From contig NMRA01000383.1 of NCBI GenBank assembly GCA_002633005.1, forward strand, positions 342,316-406,315: a stretch of 64,000 bases of DNA. Reading direction: 5' to 3'. The DNA comes from Phoronis australis (taxonomy: Eukaryota > Animalia > Phoronida). A model generated the notes under the pieces. It worked only from the letters and a program-made list of their open reading frames with translations, made no database searches and had not been told where the DNA came from. How positions within the stretch are numbered: the first letter of the stretch is position 1; every line of letters starts with the position of its first letter. Below are positions 36,501-49,178 of the stretch, in pieces. The position numbers and the translations under genes are program-made.

Positions 36501-39354
36501 AATGCCTGGGCGTGTCTTTGGGAAGGGGCGTGTCCTTGGGAAGGGGCGTTTCCTTGGGAAGGGGCGTGTCCTTGGGAAGGGGCGTGTCCTTGGGAAGGGG
36601 CGTGTATTTTCATTTCAAACATGATACAGTTTCAAAACAAGGGGTCATATTTCACTCATCAAGCTGTTTTTAAAGTAAATAAAATTAAAGTGAACAGCTC
36701 CTCTCTGAACGTGGTTAGTTCGTAAAGGGACTATAGATTTTTACTGAAATAGAATCTACCATAAATTTAGAAGCGATGACAAATGTTTTTGTCCATTTTT
36801 TAAACCAATCATTAGTCTGACAGTTGTGCATTTTTTAAAAATATACATATCCTTTGAATGTATATAGCTGTTTTTCACTTAAAAGAATTTTATTTGACTG
36901 TACTTATTTGGCAGTCGGCATGCACAATGCGTTAAAACTGTCCTTCATGCTGTGCAAATACCATTTACTTAGTTACCAACAGAGTTGTGTTATTTGAGTA
37001 AAATCGTGATTGTGAAATAGAATAGCTTGTCAAAGGAAGGAAATTTTGAATCAAAGTATATGAATTACTTATTTTAGAACAATCCATCAAACTTTTAGAA
37101 CATGCAAACAGTTCATGCTCATGCGCGTACTTTTGGTAAGCATTCCAAAAATACATCCTAGGGCATACTAATTTGGTTGGGTCTTTTTTCAAAGTTCAGG
37201 CCAAAAGATTGTAAAATACATCCCAGGGCATGTTTTTCGTTGGGTCTTTTTTCAAAGTTCAGGCCAAAAGATTGTAAAATACATCCTAGGGCATGTTTTT
37301 GGTTGGGTCTCTTTTCAAAGTTCAGGCCAAAAGATTGTAAAATACATCCCAGGGCATGTTTTCGGTTGGGTATTTTTTCAAAGTTCAGGCCAAAAGATTG
37401 TAAAATACATCCTAGGGCATACTTTTGGTTGGGTCTTTTTTCAAAGTTCAGGAAAAAAGATTGTAAAACTCATTGAAGCTTTAGTCAATAATTAAATTTA
37501 GGCCATAGGAAAGAACATGTTGAGCATTTGATTCCCAAAATGTTGGTTTTCTAGGTCAGATTTTCTTATTCGTGGGTATTAAGTTGCAATTGTCGTTAAT
37601 AAATCAGAGAAAAATGTTGGAAAATACAAGATAATTATGTGGTTGGTGAAGCTGCGCAGGACGTACATATTGCAGATTTTCATCGACATCAGGTTTTTCA
37701 TGAATGTTTTTGAGGACTTTAACCTGTGTTATTTAATGGAATGTTATAAAGATAATTACAGGTGGTCTTGTACACGTTGCAGAAGACGTGCGCAGGCCGC
37801 TCATGTGGACCCATATTGCACTGATCACTTGAAACCATTTTTATGCTTTCTAAAACTGAGCTGAGGAGCTAGAGATCTGACTCAAGGGTCTGACTGCTTG
37901 CCCCAGTGTGAGTCGAGTAAAGGAAGCTTACACTTATCTTACTGAGCCACTCTCACCGCCTTCTCTGTTAAGTGTTCATTCATTTTTCCATTAGATTCTA
38001 TGGACTGTGACAGTGAGATGTCGACGAGGTCATTTTCATTTAAAGTGAACGTTGATGCAGATAGCATGACTCAAGACGAAGCCGGTGTCACCACAGTAGG
38101 AACAACATGGTCCATGGAATCAAATGCTTCAGATGAATCCAAAAAAGAAGGTGTAAAATTGGTATGCAAGCTTGTGTTTTTGTTAACATTTTGTTTGGCT
38201 TTTGCTTCTGTTTTGTTTTCTTTTAGAAACTAGCTTCATCAACGGAGCCTCACAACAGGCTTGCCTCACCATATTGTGATGACCATTTGTTGAATAATTT
38301 CTTTCTCTGTCGATTTGTTCTAAAAAACCATCTCACAGCATGAAAGTGTTCCATTGATCTAACAGTTTTGTGTTTGTTGAGATCTTCTTCATGAATTTCA
38401 GCCCCAACAAGAAGCTGGTTCCAACAAGTCATCTAAGCCCACTGCTGGGCCCAGTTTTATCCAAGAAGCAACCTCAGCCTCATCACCGGCCGTGTCTCCT
38501 CAGAAGGACAAGCAGTTGGTTTACCAGCCAGACCTTGCCATTATTGATCTGCCCGTGGATGTAAGGCAGGAGTTAGTGGATGCCCTGAGTTTAGAACGGC
38601 CTAATGGTAAGGCAAGGGTGCTCTGAACTATGTTAGTATTCAGTTTAATAGGACATACGTTGACTAGCATGTGAATTCTTTTTGATCAAATTTGTCAACA
38701 AAAAGAAAATTTAGGTTTGCCGCTGATCCACACATTGTTAGGTTGAGGACAAAATAATACATTACGGATGTCCAGAATTACAGAACAATACTTGGATCTT
38801 GTACTAATTGATGCTTCAATATCTGTCAAGCACTTTAATAGTCTTGTTTTTCTGCCATTGTATTTGCAAATGTTATTTCTTGATTTTATTTGAGCTGCAA
38901 CTCTGGCGGTAGATAAGTGGAAGTGAAGGGGTGTTGTTTTCTGACATGATATCTAGAATCAGCCTCACAGTTCCAAAACGAGGCCAGTGCACTTTCCTTC
39001 CTCCATGACAAAGAATCTTATGATATTAATAATCCCAATACATTCTGCTTGAGGATTTTGGTGAAGGAGGAAGTTTTTTTATTGTGGCATGTTAAACATC
39101 AAGAAAAGGTCATGAATAAATATGTCTGCTTCTTGTTAACAGGGAAAGACTGGCGTGTTCTTGCCCGTTACACAAAATGTACGCCACAGAATATTGCTTT
39201 GCTGAAGCAGAACCATGTTCACAAGAATGCTGCTGAACAAATACTTAGGGATTGGGAAGTAAGCAATGACGCCACTGTTGGGAAACTGTGCGAAATATTA
39301 GAAAACAATGACATGGGACAAATTGCCAAGATTTTGAAAATGCCTGTTCCATAA
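33576..39354 (+). CDS. CARD + death-domain adaptor protein (RAIDD/CRADD-like architecture), about 316 aa
   Basis: Six GT-AG exons in consistent phase: 33576-33695, 34121-34307, 35266-35325, 37995-38161, 38402-38606, 39143-39354. N-terminal CARD pattern (LRYHEPILVKEMNV...VFTEEE...RAKQIINILKTK...FNTFVGILRNTNQENLA); C-terminal DD (LVDALSLERPNGKDWRVLA...AAEQILRDWE...ATVGKLCEILE...IAKIL). Confidence 0.85.
33838..33976. promoter_or_regulatory. Intron-1 cluster of kB-like and STAT (GAS) motifs
   Basis: GGGAAAACCC (33838-33847), TTCCAGGAA (33884-33892), GGAATTTCCC = reverse complement of GGGAAATTCC (33967-33976). Confidence 0.4.
34490..34616 (-). mobile_element. Truncated inverted copy of the same MITE family
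   Basis: Reverse-complement match to 25128-25281 and 58682-58838 (gattccatttggca...aaatcctggctaatactctgcc...aaatcctggatccgc). Confidence 0.65.
36506..36606. repeat. G-rich minisatellite, 18-bp unit x5
   Basis: ggggcgtgtccttgggaa. Confidence 0.92.
37148..37470. repeat. Minisatellite, 69-bp unit x4.5
   Basis: ggttgggtcttttttcaaagttcaggccaaaagattgtaaaatacatcc.agggcat. Confidence 0.92.
37750..37960 (-). mobile_element. tRNA-derived SINE, second more decayed copy
   Basis: Colinear with 13470-13697 (ggccgctcat...gagct...ctgactcaagggtc...ttatct..ct.agccac). Confidence 0.65.
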
Positions 39355-39921
39355 TGGAGTGATCTGTCTGTGAATTGTTCTATCTGGTGAATGTTCACTT
39401 GTGAACAGTGTATGACCATCTGTGCTGAGCATAGACAGAGAGACACGAGCTCAGCTGGCTGCCTACTGTAACAGTTTGCTGACCACATAGCTCACATGAT
39501 GGTGCGATAGAGCTACAGTAATTGAAAGAACTACCTGGTAATTCAGTCAATTGTTTTCACCATGATGTGACATCAGCTAACTAAAACCAAAGGCAGTTAG
39601 CTCATTTTCTAACTCTTTTTCTGTGCTGAGCCTTAGAGCCAATTGTATCAGTTGAACTGTTATTTTCTGATATTTAGTTATGTAACCAAGTCTTGCCTGG
39701 GTTAACTCTTGTTTCATTGTGCATAATTTCGTCAGACACCATATCAACACGGTGCGAGTGTGTGTATGAATGGCGCATGAAAGTCCTTCCCCATCACCCT
39801 TTTTCCTGTTCACTTACATTTGAATGCCTTTACAATATTTATTGTTTAATATTATATACTTTTGCAAAAGCTGAATCTGAGGCTCCCAACCACAAGACTG
39901 GCTTTGTGATATTTTCTGGGC

Positions 39922-39927
39922 AATAAA
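39922..39927 (+). terminator. Candidate polyadenylation signal of the CARD-DD gene
   Basis: AATAAA about 570 nt after the stop codon, just before a LINE fragment. Confidence 0.3.
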
Positions 39928-39944
39928 TGATTATAAAAAGATTT

Positions 39945-40600
39945 TAAAAAATCAATATACACTGGGTCAGGACCCGTGTGGGAATTGATGGCAATGAAAA
40001 TGCAGACAGACTCGTAAACATAGGAGCCATTGTTCTGCATTGTGCACCTGAACCTGCTATCTGGGTATCCTACTGATGCTGCAGGGTGAGTATTACAATT
40101 TACATACCCAGTCAGAAGCCCAGTGGACATCACTTAACTTCTGCAGAGAAACCAAGGAGAATTTTCCAATATGATCAAACTAAAAGGTTTAAAAAAGCCT
40201 CTACGTGTTGATAGCTTGGACATAACATATGTCATTCAAATTTTGATGGGCCACTGTAACCTTGCCTGATACAGACGCATTACTGGGCATATGGGGTGCC
40301 CATTGTGTCCCGAGTATGGTACTCGCTGACGTAGAATCTCCTAAACACCTGGCAGAGTCTTGCCCAGTTTTTTTATAGGCATCGGAGCAACCTACTGGAT
40401 GGCACTGTTACATTCCTCTCACATATAGTGTATGGCAACAAATTGAAAAGTATGCCCGTTTTCTTAAAGGAGACTGGCAGACTTGAAAACTTCCTTTACT
40501 AAGAACCATAAGGGTGCTCTCTCGTGTTTTTAGGTCAGGTGTTCGGTGCAGTGGGTGCACCTCTGATGCGTTGCAAATGACATCAGGCCTCCTGCACTTT
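39945..40600 (+). mobile_element. 3' fragment of an RNase H-bearing non-LTR retrotransposon (I-group-like), degenerate
   Basis: HWVRTRVGIDGNENADRLV (RNase H C-terminal motif) at 39960-40020, then QILMGHCNL...CPLCP...ESPKHLAESCP (CCHC-type knuckle) with stops and frameshifts. Confidence 0.75.
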
Positions 40601-43600
40601 TTTGAAGTCTTGCCAAAGGTCTCTTATAAAATATGTAAATGTATTATCACAAGCCTGATAGAGGGGAAATAATGAAATTTGTCTAGCTTTTGAATGTCTT
40701 GAGGTGACGTTGATCATCATTGACCCTGTTTTGGCATTTTCCCTACATCAAAGTTATCTACCTTGCTGCAACTATAAGCTTATGTTTGGTCAAAGAAACT
40801 AAATCTTGTAATTACGGTCACTTACTGATTTGGAACTGACCTCAACTTGTTCTTACAGTAACTCAGGTGAGAAATGATCTTCCTTTTGCCCATGCTCAGT
40901 GCATTATATAACCTGGCCATTAAAACTAATATATGGAGCCTAGTCTCCAACAATAACCAACCTTTCATGCCCAGAAATAACTTGTAATTCCACTAAGGAC
41001 CAATGTGTGGCACTTTGGTATGTGGTCTGATTCAAAAGTTATGGAACTGGTGTACAGTGGCAGTAGATCCGCTTCATAAAATTACAAAATAGAGATTCGT
41101 CTGGCTGCTTTGAACCTACTTCAAGTGGACTGCATGTTTCCCAAGCGTGAATTTGTGTTTCCATTTGTAGTGTGATTGCAAACAACATGTGTGGTTGTAT
41201 CAGGTTACCGTATATCTGTGTTCTTAGGCCCAGAAATCTATGTCTGATAGGGTGTGTGTTTTCATGTAAAATTTTGTTTGCATTAAAAATTGGTGTTCAA
41301 TTTTTTCCCCTTTGTTCCTACAGTAAATGGAGAGAAAATAAAACTCACAGGAAGTAGATTCAACCCGATCGAGGGTTTTTTATCAAGTAAGGTGAAATTC
41401 GACTAACTGAAGGGCTGAGGGCGCAAACTAGAACAACTCTTCTTTGGTTCAATGTCTGGGTGAAGCAAAAATCCATCTTATAGCGGTCTGACTTATGTGA
41501 ATTTTACCACAGTCAGTCTTTCAGGTCTGGGATCTTTCATGGTCAGTTAAAAACAAAACTGACTTGAGCGAACCTCAGTTGCTGGTGGGGGGCACATTTG
41601 TACCCAGGGCACTCCCTTAGCAACGGGCATGAATTTTCTTTATTTTTCATTTGATAGTTATTCTTCATTTTTATATAGATTAACCTCTACCATTCTGTAA
41701 CAATTACATGTATGTCCAATTTCACTGGCATAATATATTTCAAAAGTTCCTCCTTTTTGTTCAAGTATTTCCTATATAGACTCATGCCCATAAATTAAGG
41801 CTATAGTTAACTTCACAGACATGGGCCTAGGTGCACATATATGGTAACCCATGCTGTGATAAAAATATTTTTTATAAAATTTGTTCGTTTTTTTCTATGA
41901 TTTTATTTTTCTAATTTTTTTACTTTTATTTATTTACAACAGCTGATGAGTATTTTTTCACCTGTGTTTTAGTAGAGATGTTCTGGAAGTGCAGTCTGTT
42001 GATAAGGACGGTATTTGGGAGTGAACAATGTAATTAAGACATAGCCCAGCAGCAAGCAGTGGAAGGAGGAATTGTTAGACGTTTGTAAATTAGATACTTA
42101 TAACTTATATGAACAAGGCTTGATTATTTATGGAAACCTATGTTACAAGTGTGAAAAGCTGAAAGTATTTAACTACAAGCTACATGTAGAAAGCAAGACG
42201 TGAAAACTCCTAGAGAGAATAAACTAATATATACTGTATGTAATCTATATATTGTAGAAGACTGATGAATATCATTGTTTGATCCAGTGTCCACTTTATG
42301 GCAACCCAAGAACAACTTTCAAGATAGTTGAAAACTGGAACTGTGAATTCACTCTGAAAATCATCATGTCATGTCAAAATGTAATATTTTAAATTTAGCT
42401 CAGGCAGTAATTGCTGGCTGTTGGTTGAAGAGACGATGTAAATACGAACTTTGTATTGTAAAACTATGTATATGGGCCAGAGGCCGTTGTACTACAAGAA
42501 AAAAATAAATAAACAGATGCATTCGGCAAGGCGCCAGAAACTCGAAAAAGGCAAAATTATTGTGAAAGGCGAACTAATGTTTCTCAAAAATGTTTGGAGC
42601 ATAACTAGTGCACCCTAGCGAAATGGCAGCAAATGAAGCGCTTGGTCGGTGAGGTTGGAATTTTGAATTCTTGAATAGGAGTCGTCAATTACGTTTCCTC
42701 AGCGAAGATTTCTTGCGGAAAGCGCTTCACGAGTTCCTGGTGTCTCGGCAACGCAGACTAAGAATTACAATAGTCCATCAGTAGCACACGTGCTCGTGTG
42801 CGTAGTAATCCACCGGTTGTGATTATTTATACTGAAATATGATTGATGATAGATTAAACAGGTTCTTCCAATGGTTTCTTGTCCTTCTATTCAGATCACG
42901 GGCCATTTTGTGGAAATAATATTTCGGGTTTGTTTCAAGAAAACTAGTGTGAGTGACGCTGCTACGTCACAATACTGAGCACAGCCAGGTTCAGCTATGT
43001 ATATTCTTAGCACAACAAAGCTTAGAAACAATTTACACATATTATCTCAGTGACTAGCAGTTACGAGTATATTCTCAGAGACCTGGCTTTTGCTAAAGTG
43101 AGATCTCTCAAAATTAGCTGGGTGGAATACAACACCAAATTTGTGACAAGGGTTAAAAAGTCCCTGGGAAATGTCAAAATTTGGCTAACTTCCGAAATTA
43201 AAATCTCAGAAATGGCCGATGGGATACTACGCTTTATTCATTTGTTCTCCGAAACGCTGTAACGAACTGTTTCTAAAATGTTTCCTTTTCGAAGGATCGA
43301 GGAGCTATTAAAAATAAAGATTTCGTGACTTTCATGAAAATATGCATGAAACGAAAACGAAATGATATTTTGGAAAATTCTAACAACATTTTTGAGCTCT
43401 CATCTTCATTTACCGATCCAAAAAATTGAATCGTGTTACTCATACGCTCTTATTGATGCGCTGTTGTCTTGTCAATGCACCTTTTCTTTTTTGCCAAATT
43501 TTATTAAAATGAGGCGATCACGTGACCCAGTTAATGATAGATTGCTGACTCAAAGTCAAAAATTAAAATTCTTCAGAATCTCTACTTTCCGAAAACAATA

Positions 43601-44952
43601 TTCTTTTACCGAGTTGAAATCTATGGTTTTGTACATTTTTGGTTAAATATGCAGAAAGCGCTTTTATGTACGTAGTGGAATTGGCGATGAAGTCATTGGC
43701 ATACGTATATACCACAAAAACTGACGGGATTTCTCTCTGCAGCTAGCAAAACACGACAATCAAGTGATGGTACTCTCATATAGGCCATCTCGTGTTATTG
43801 TTTTCCGTGACGTCTTTCTATTTCCGGTACCAATAAGAAAATTAGCGGCTCGAGAAAACACTTGAGAATGGGTTTGGCAAATCACTGAATCCTTTCGTGA
43901 CACGAGGAAGTCAGGAGTTGCATCTTAACAACGCCTTTGTCTTTCCTGGGAAGTACTGAGTACAATAGCTAGTGACGGAATCAGTTTTGGGGTGATGCTG
44001 AGTGCTTCATTTGGAAATTTGGAAATTCAGTTAGCTGAGCCAATTAAAGAGGCATTTTACCGTTGGCTGTCAACGATGAATTTTTAGCGCTTTGGGATTT
44101 AACATTACCATTCTAGTCCTGTTTTGAATAGTTGCGGGATAAGCCGGCAATTCAAGTCCGAAGACAGTGCATACGTACGCTTTTACGAATTTGCAATCTT
44201 AGGGTTAACCAAAGTCTTTCTGAAGCATTTTTGAGTCGCTGATGGTTTCGATGTGTTCTTATTCAACTTCCTATGACGGTAAGAGATGTCACGAGATCGG
44301 TGATTTTATGAGAATAAAAGGTTTAATTCGATTTTCCCTTTTTGCTCACTAAACACGAAGAAATGCAGTTTTAGTTGTGTAATTATAGGTCTCGCATCTT
44401 ACCGTGTTGGAACTTGGTTTCAGTTGCCAACAAAAACATTGCAGCCATCATCGACTCAAGAAAACGATTTACTGGTGTTATACAACCCCGACACTGCAAA
44501 TTCGAACTGAAGGGGCTCACGGCGAATTCGCTACTGAGACTTGAGTTACTGGCTCATGCGGCAAAAATTCAGAACCCGAAAAGTGTGGTTTAAGTGCTTG
44601 AAGTCTTCAATTTCATATCAAAAACACGAACAAATAAACCCACCAGACTCTCTAAGTTGTAAAATTAGAACTCTCGCAAACACTTTCTGAAGATCTGTTA
44701 ATTTGTTGATCTCTAGTTACGAGCATTTACCGGCCGATACATATTACGCAAAATCGGGACAACCAATCTCGGAAGTCGCCGAGTAGTATGAAAAGTCGTC
44801 AGCTGTCGCTGCTCGTTTTCCTGCGGTTTATGGTCTTTAAGCAATGACGATTAGCTGTATTTGTGGTGGTTGCGACAACTTAAAATAGTTGGCCACTCTG
44901 GGACATTTTTTACTTACCCGCGGAACATCGACACATGTTTGTATAAGTAATG

Positions 44953-45198
44953 GCGTAAAGTAAGTAACCTTTTTTACGACGCGAAGTAATTATTTGCGGC
45001 GTAAAGTAATTATTTGCGGCGTAAAACAATTGCTTGCGGAGTAAAGTAATTATTTGCGGCGTTAAGTAACTATTTGCGGCGTTAAGTAATTATTTGGGGC
45101 GTAAAGTAATTATTTGCGGCGCAAAGTAATTATTTACGGCGTAAAGTAATTAATTGCGGCGTAACGTAATTACCTTACGCCGCAAATAATTACTTCAC
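44953..45198. repeat. 20-bp tandem array ending in an inverted unit
   Basis: (gcgtaaagtaattatttgcg)n followed by ttacgccgcaaataattactt. Confidence 0.9.
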
Positions 45199-47953
45199 TA
45201 GGTTAAAGTAATAAGAATTAAATAACGCACGTGATATAAGTGCGTAACGTTCACCCATTTGGCCAACGATATTCACACGTCACACTCATGTCCATGGAGC
45301 TAAGAAATTTTCAATTAAAGTAGCCTAACTCCTATTTTCTATTTGGGATTTGAATTCAAAGATGTGACTATGCAGTGCTATCGGTAGGGTGCAGTTTGGT
45401 GATGCCAAGGGCGGCTTTTTATGGGATGTCCCTCTCTACTCAGCTGCATGGTTCCAAGTACTAATAGAAATGTAAAACAGATGAATTATAAAAATAAGAC
45501 CTTTATTCGCTTTAATTACAAACCAGAGTCACCCCCCCCCCCTGCACGTTGCTGAATTCAAGATGTTGACGATGCAGCCACTCATCATAACAGGGTAATG
45601 ACTTTCTAAATCCGCTCTGAGGTGGTGGCGTGTTACAACTGTTATTAAAATGTCTTGGTCTACTTACACAGGCCTCTTGTCTATTTACAGGTCGGTGTAA
45701 ATAGACCAAGAAATGTTAATAATATTTGTAAAACAAGGGAAATAGCGATTTTAAGCAATTTGAAGTTTAAACAAGAGTAATAAAATGCTCTAAATTTGAA
45801 ATCAGACGGATTTTTAGCATGTTATACATCGAAACGAACCCTGATCTTTGATCTCGGTACCACAAATCCCCAAAGTCACGTGTTGATCTCGCATTCTCTA
45901 ATAAAAATCGCTGACCAGTGTTCGAAAAAATAGGAAGAAATTTGTCAATGAATCAAATGCTAATGACCTCAGTTTGAACTCTGCTGAGTGCTTGGACATG
46001 TACTTGTTGATCCCAAATGTGCTTCATCCACAGCAGCATTCCGTATGGGCTAGCTAAGACAATTTGTCGATTTTTGTCATAAAGCGAGGAAAAGGGATTG
46101 CATGACGTGAGGCACTGGTTCTGTTCGTATGTAGGTCACGTGACGCCCTCATCATGAATGTTTATTAGCCGCGATCGTGAGACCGCCTAAAAAGTTAACG
46201 TGTTTGTTGGAACGAAAACTTTGTAGAAATCGGAAAATTTTCCCTACTTTCAATTCCAAACCATTCAAAAAGAATTTAAATTGGTATAAAAGGTACTTAT
46301 TCCATGAAGTCTGTCTCAACCAACAACAATCTCAATACGTTTTTCGATTATGTAAGACTGATCCTTATTGACATGTTTGGGCATGATGTAAGACTTGTCC
46401 TTATATTGACATACAGTGTATCTGAGCATTATGTAGGACTGGTCCTTATTGTCCTGTCTGCGAATTTAGCTAATATCTACAAAACCATAGATTCTAACTC
46501 GGTAAAAGTATACCTTATCTGAAACTAGAAAGCTTGATGTATTTTTCACTTTTTACCAGTCCGTCATCAAATGAGTCACGTGGCCATATCCCAAATTTAG
46601 CAACATCATTTACCGGTATGTTGATAACAAAACAACAGCATCATGATCAAATTTTATTTGATGTCATTGTTCACGAAGACTTATGAAAAACACTGTTACA
46701 TTTTTCCATCATATCATTTTCGTTTTATGCGCCTTTCGATTTTTATGAAAAAGTCGAATTTTAATAGCCCCCCATGCAAAAGTGGAACATTTTAAACCCA
46801 ATTCCCAACAGTGTTTTGGAGGACATTGCGCAAAGCATAGTATCTGACGGTTCAGTGCAACAGAGGTACGATGCTCCGAACTTAGCCAAATTTGAACATT
46901 TTTCTAGGGTCTTGCATGACCTTCAACTGGTTGTTAGACCTTTAAATGCCGCGTGCATCAAGCCATCGATGTCTACTTTCAACGCACTGGTGGGAGATTA
47001 TCTCTAACAGCAAGCCCCATATGTTCGTTTTCGGCACTCAAGACATTGTCTTCCACACTTGACATTCGGTTCTAATTAGATTTACATTATTTTCCCTTCA
47101 ATTCTATTCCCGATGAGAGCTTAATTGCCTTACATTACGTAATTATTTCCCCGTACACTCCACGTCAGAAGAACGTATTTCTCCACTATCGGGTGTTTTA
47201 ATGCAGTTTCAAGTCCATTTTTAAGTGCTGAGATAGACGCACAATATGCTGTCAAACTGCGTACGCGGAGATGCGGTCACATACGAACTCATTGACTAAA
47301 AAGCATTCAACGGTGTCTACTCCTGATAGTGCCAAACAAGAATGGTTTTGCAGGCCTACTTGAGTTCGGAGAAAAACGGAAATGAAGCGCACTTCAGTAT
47401 CACTAGATAGCGCCAACCGACGTCAGAGTACAGCAGTGCGGCAAGTGGTCTGGAATTGTTTGAAGCGTTCGCCAAATATTGACGTGACCCGAGCAAACCG
47501 GCATTTCACAGTTTCTTTGCACTACAGCTCGCTGTAAAACCTCCGAGAGGTTGCGACCATGGATACAAACGTCACTCCCGTTCATCCCGAGGCGTTAGCT
47601 TCTCGGTCCAATCGACAGGTTCTGTATGTTCAGAAGCGTCTGCCTTTTGATTAAAATAACGTACTGCGTTTCGAAAGTTTGCCTTTATCGAAACCATTTT
47701 TTTTACTCACTCAGTTCAGCTATTGGCATCGTCGATGTGCTACGCGAAGATCATCAACTAATTCTTCAAAGCTCTTCCTGGTACGAAACTATTTTTAAAA
47801 GTTTACTTTTGCGATGAAATTAAATGTTACACTACCTATGAAACAGTTCTCAACTGAGGTCTTGGTTACTCAAACTAGAAGCGATTTGTGAGCTTGGGAA
47901 ATCATACTTCATCATAACTGATTCTTTTTTATCGACGTATGAATCAAGTTATC

Positions 47954-48058
47954 CATGCGCGCACCCAGCCTTAAAAAGGGGGCTCCTTCGAGCCCCCCGA
48001 GCACCCAGCCCGCTTCTCCACCCCCCTCCCCTCCCCCCAACCCCAGGGCTCACGCATA
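47954..48058. mobile_element. Short GC-rich MITE-like insertion
   Basis: CATGCGCG...CACGCATA, flanks TTATC/TTATG. Confidence 0.45.
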
Positions 48059-48585
48059 TTATGTGGTGGTGGACTGTGTTAGTAAATAGTTGACAGAACG
48101 TTGGTTCGTAACAGTTTTAAGAGGGAAAACTACAACAATGTGATGAATAGAAGTTGTTTTGACTCATTTTGTATAGTCCAAACGTGTCTGTATGAGTGTA
48201 AGCGCCAGATAAACAACACAGTGAATCGAAAGTTTATCGGGTTTAATACGCAGACGACGAGACGGAACTGGAAGGGTTCCCACAAAACACAGTGGTACGA
48301 ACAACACTAACAATACAATGGGGAAGATGTACGAAGGCCCTAACTAAAATGAGAAGTAATTCGATCCTAGCACTTGCACGGACACTTCGCTATTGCTTGA
48401 GACCGTGCTTGGCGCTTAAAATAACCCGCCGTGACAAGCTAGCTGGCCTGAAGAAATGGCGATCTGTTAGTTAGTCCAAAGACCAGAAATCAACTAATTT
48501 GGCGGAAGAACGATTTGAGACCAATTTCATAACGATAAGTTGTCTAAATCAAAAGTTAGATTTGTGAAAGCAGGTGTGTTTATAA

Positions 48586-48655
48586 CATGGGCGGCTCACC
48601 ATAGGGGGCTGGGGAGGAGCTATCCCCCACTCATTTCAGTGCCGCGTCGCCCATG
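48586..48655. mobile_element. 70-bp mini-MITE, 5-bp TSD TATAA
   Basis: CATGGGCG...CGCCCATG, TATAA on both sides. Confidence 0.7.
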
Positions 48656-49078
48656 TATAATCACGTGAACCCAGATTCACGACTAGTATGATTAAAGTAC
48701 GTGTTTGTTATGATGGGACATTTGTGTATTCCACTGGAGAATTTTATTTTGCTTTTATTTTGCCATTGGTTAAAAGAAGAAATGATTTAATAGGATGACA
48801 ACTTCTAAATTCAACGGTTTTCTGTGTCTTGCCTTGCGACAAGTGTAAAGTCATTTACATGACAACGAGCATGTTTTAGCTGTTTGTCTTCTGATAGACA
48901 TAAGACATGTGTTACCCTTCGGCATCAAGTGTGTAAGAACGCCCTGTGACGTCACCGGATCTCGGCTAGCGATGGATGACGCTCTTGGGATATAATCATT
49001 TCGTTTTAGACCGACATAACTAAAGAATTTTAACTGAAACACGGGGATACTCTTAACAGTAGATTATTAGTGCGACCA

Positions 49079-49178
49079 TAATCACCACGTAATCACCACG
49101 TAATCACCACGTAATCACCACGTAATCACCACGTAAACACCACGTAATCACCACGTAATCACCACGTAATCACACCAC
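49079..49178. repeat. 11-bp tandem repeat x8-9
   Basis: (taatcaccacg)n. Confidence 0.92.

Noticed and set aside
36377-37476. Repeat-peptide ORFs (HAPSQG, VSLGRG, LGLFSKFRPKDC)
   Set aside because: Arise from 18-bp and 69-bp tandem repeats inside an intron; no splice or codon support.
46990-47066. Cys-rich minus-strand peptide CGRQCLECRKRTYGACC
   Set aside because: Immediately terminated, with no start, signal peptide or splice context.
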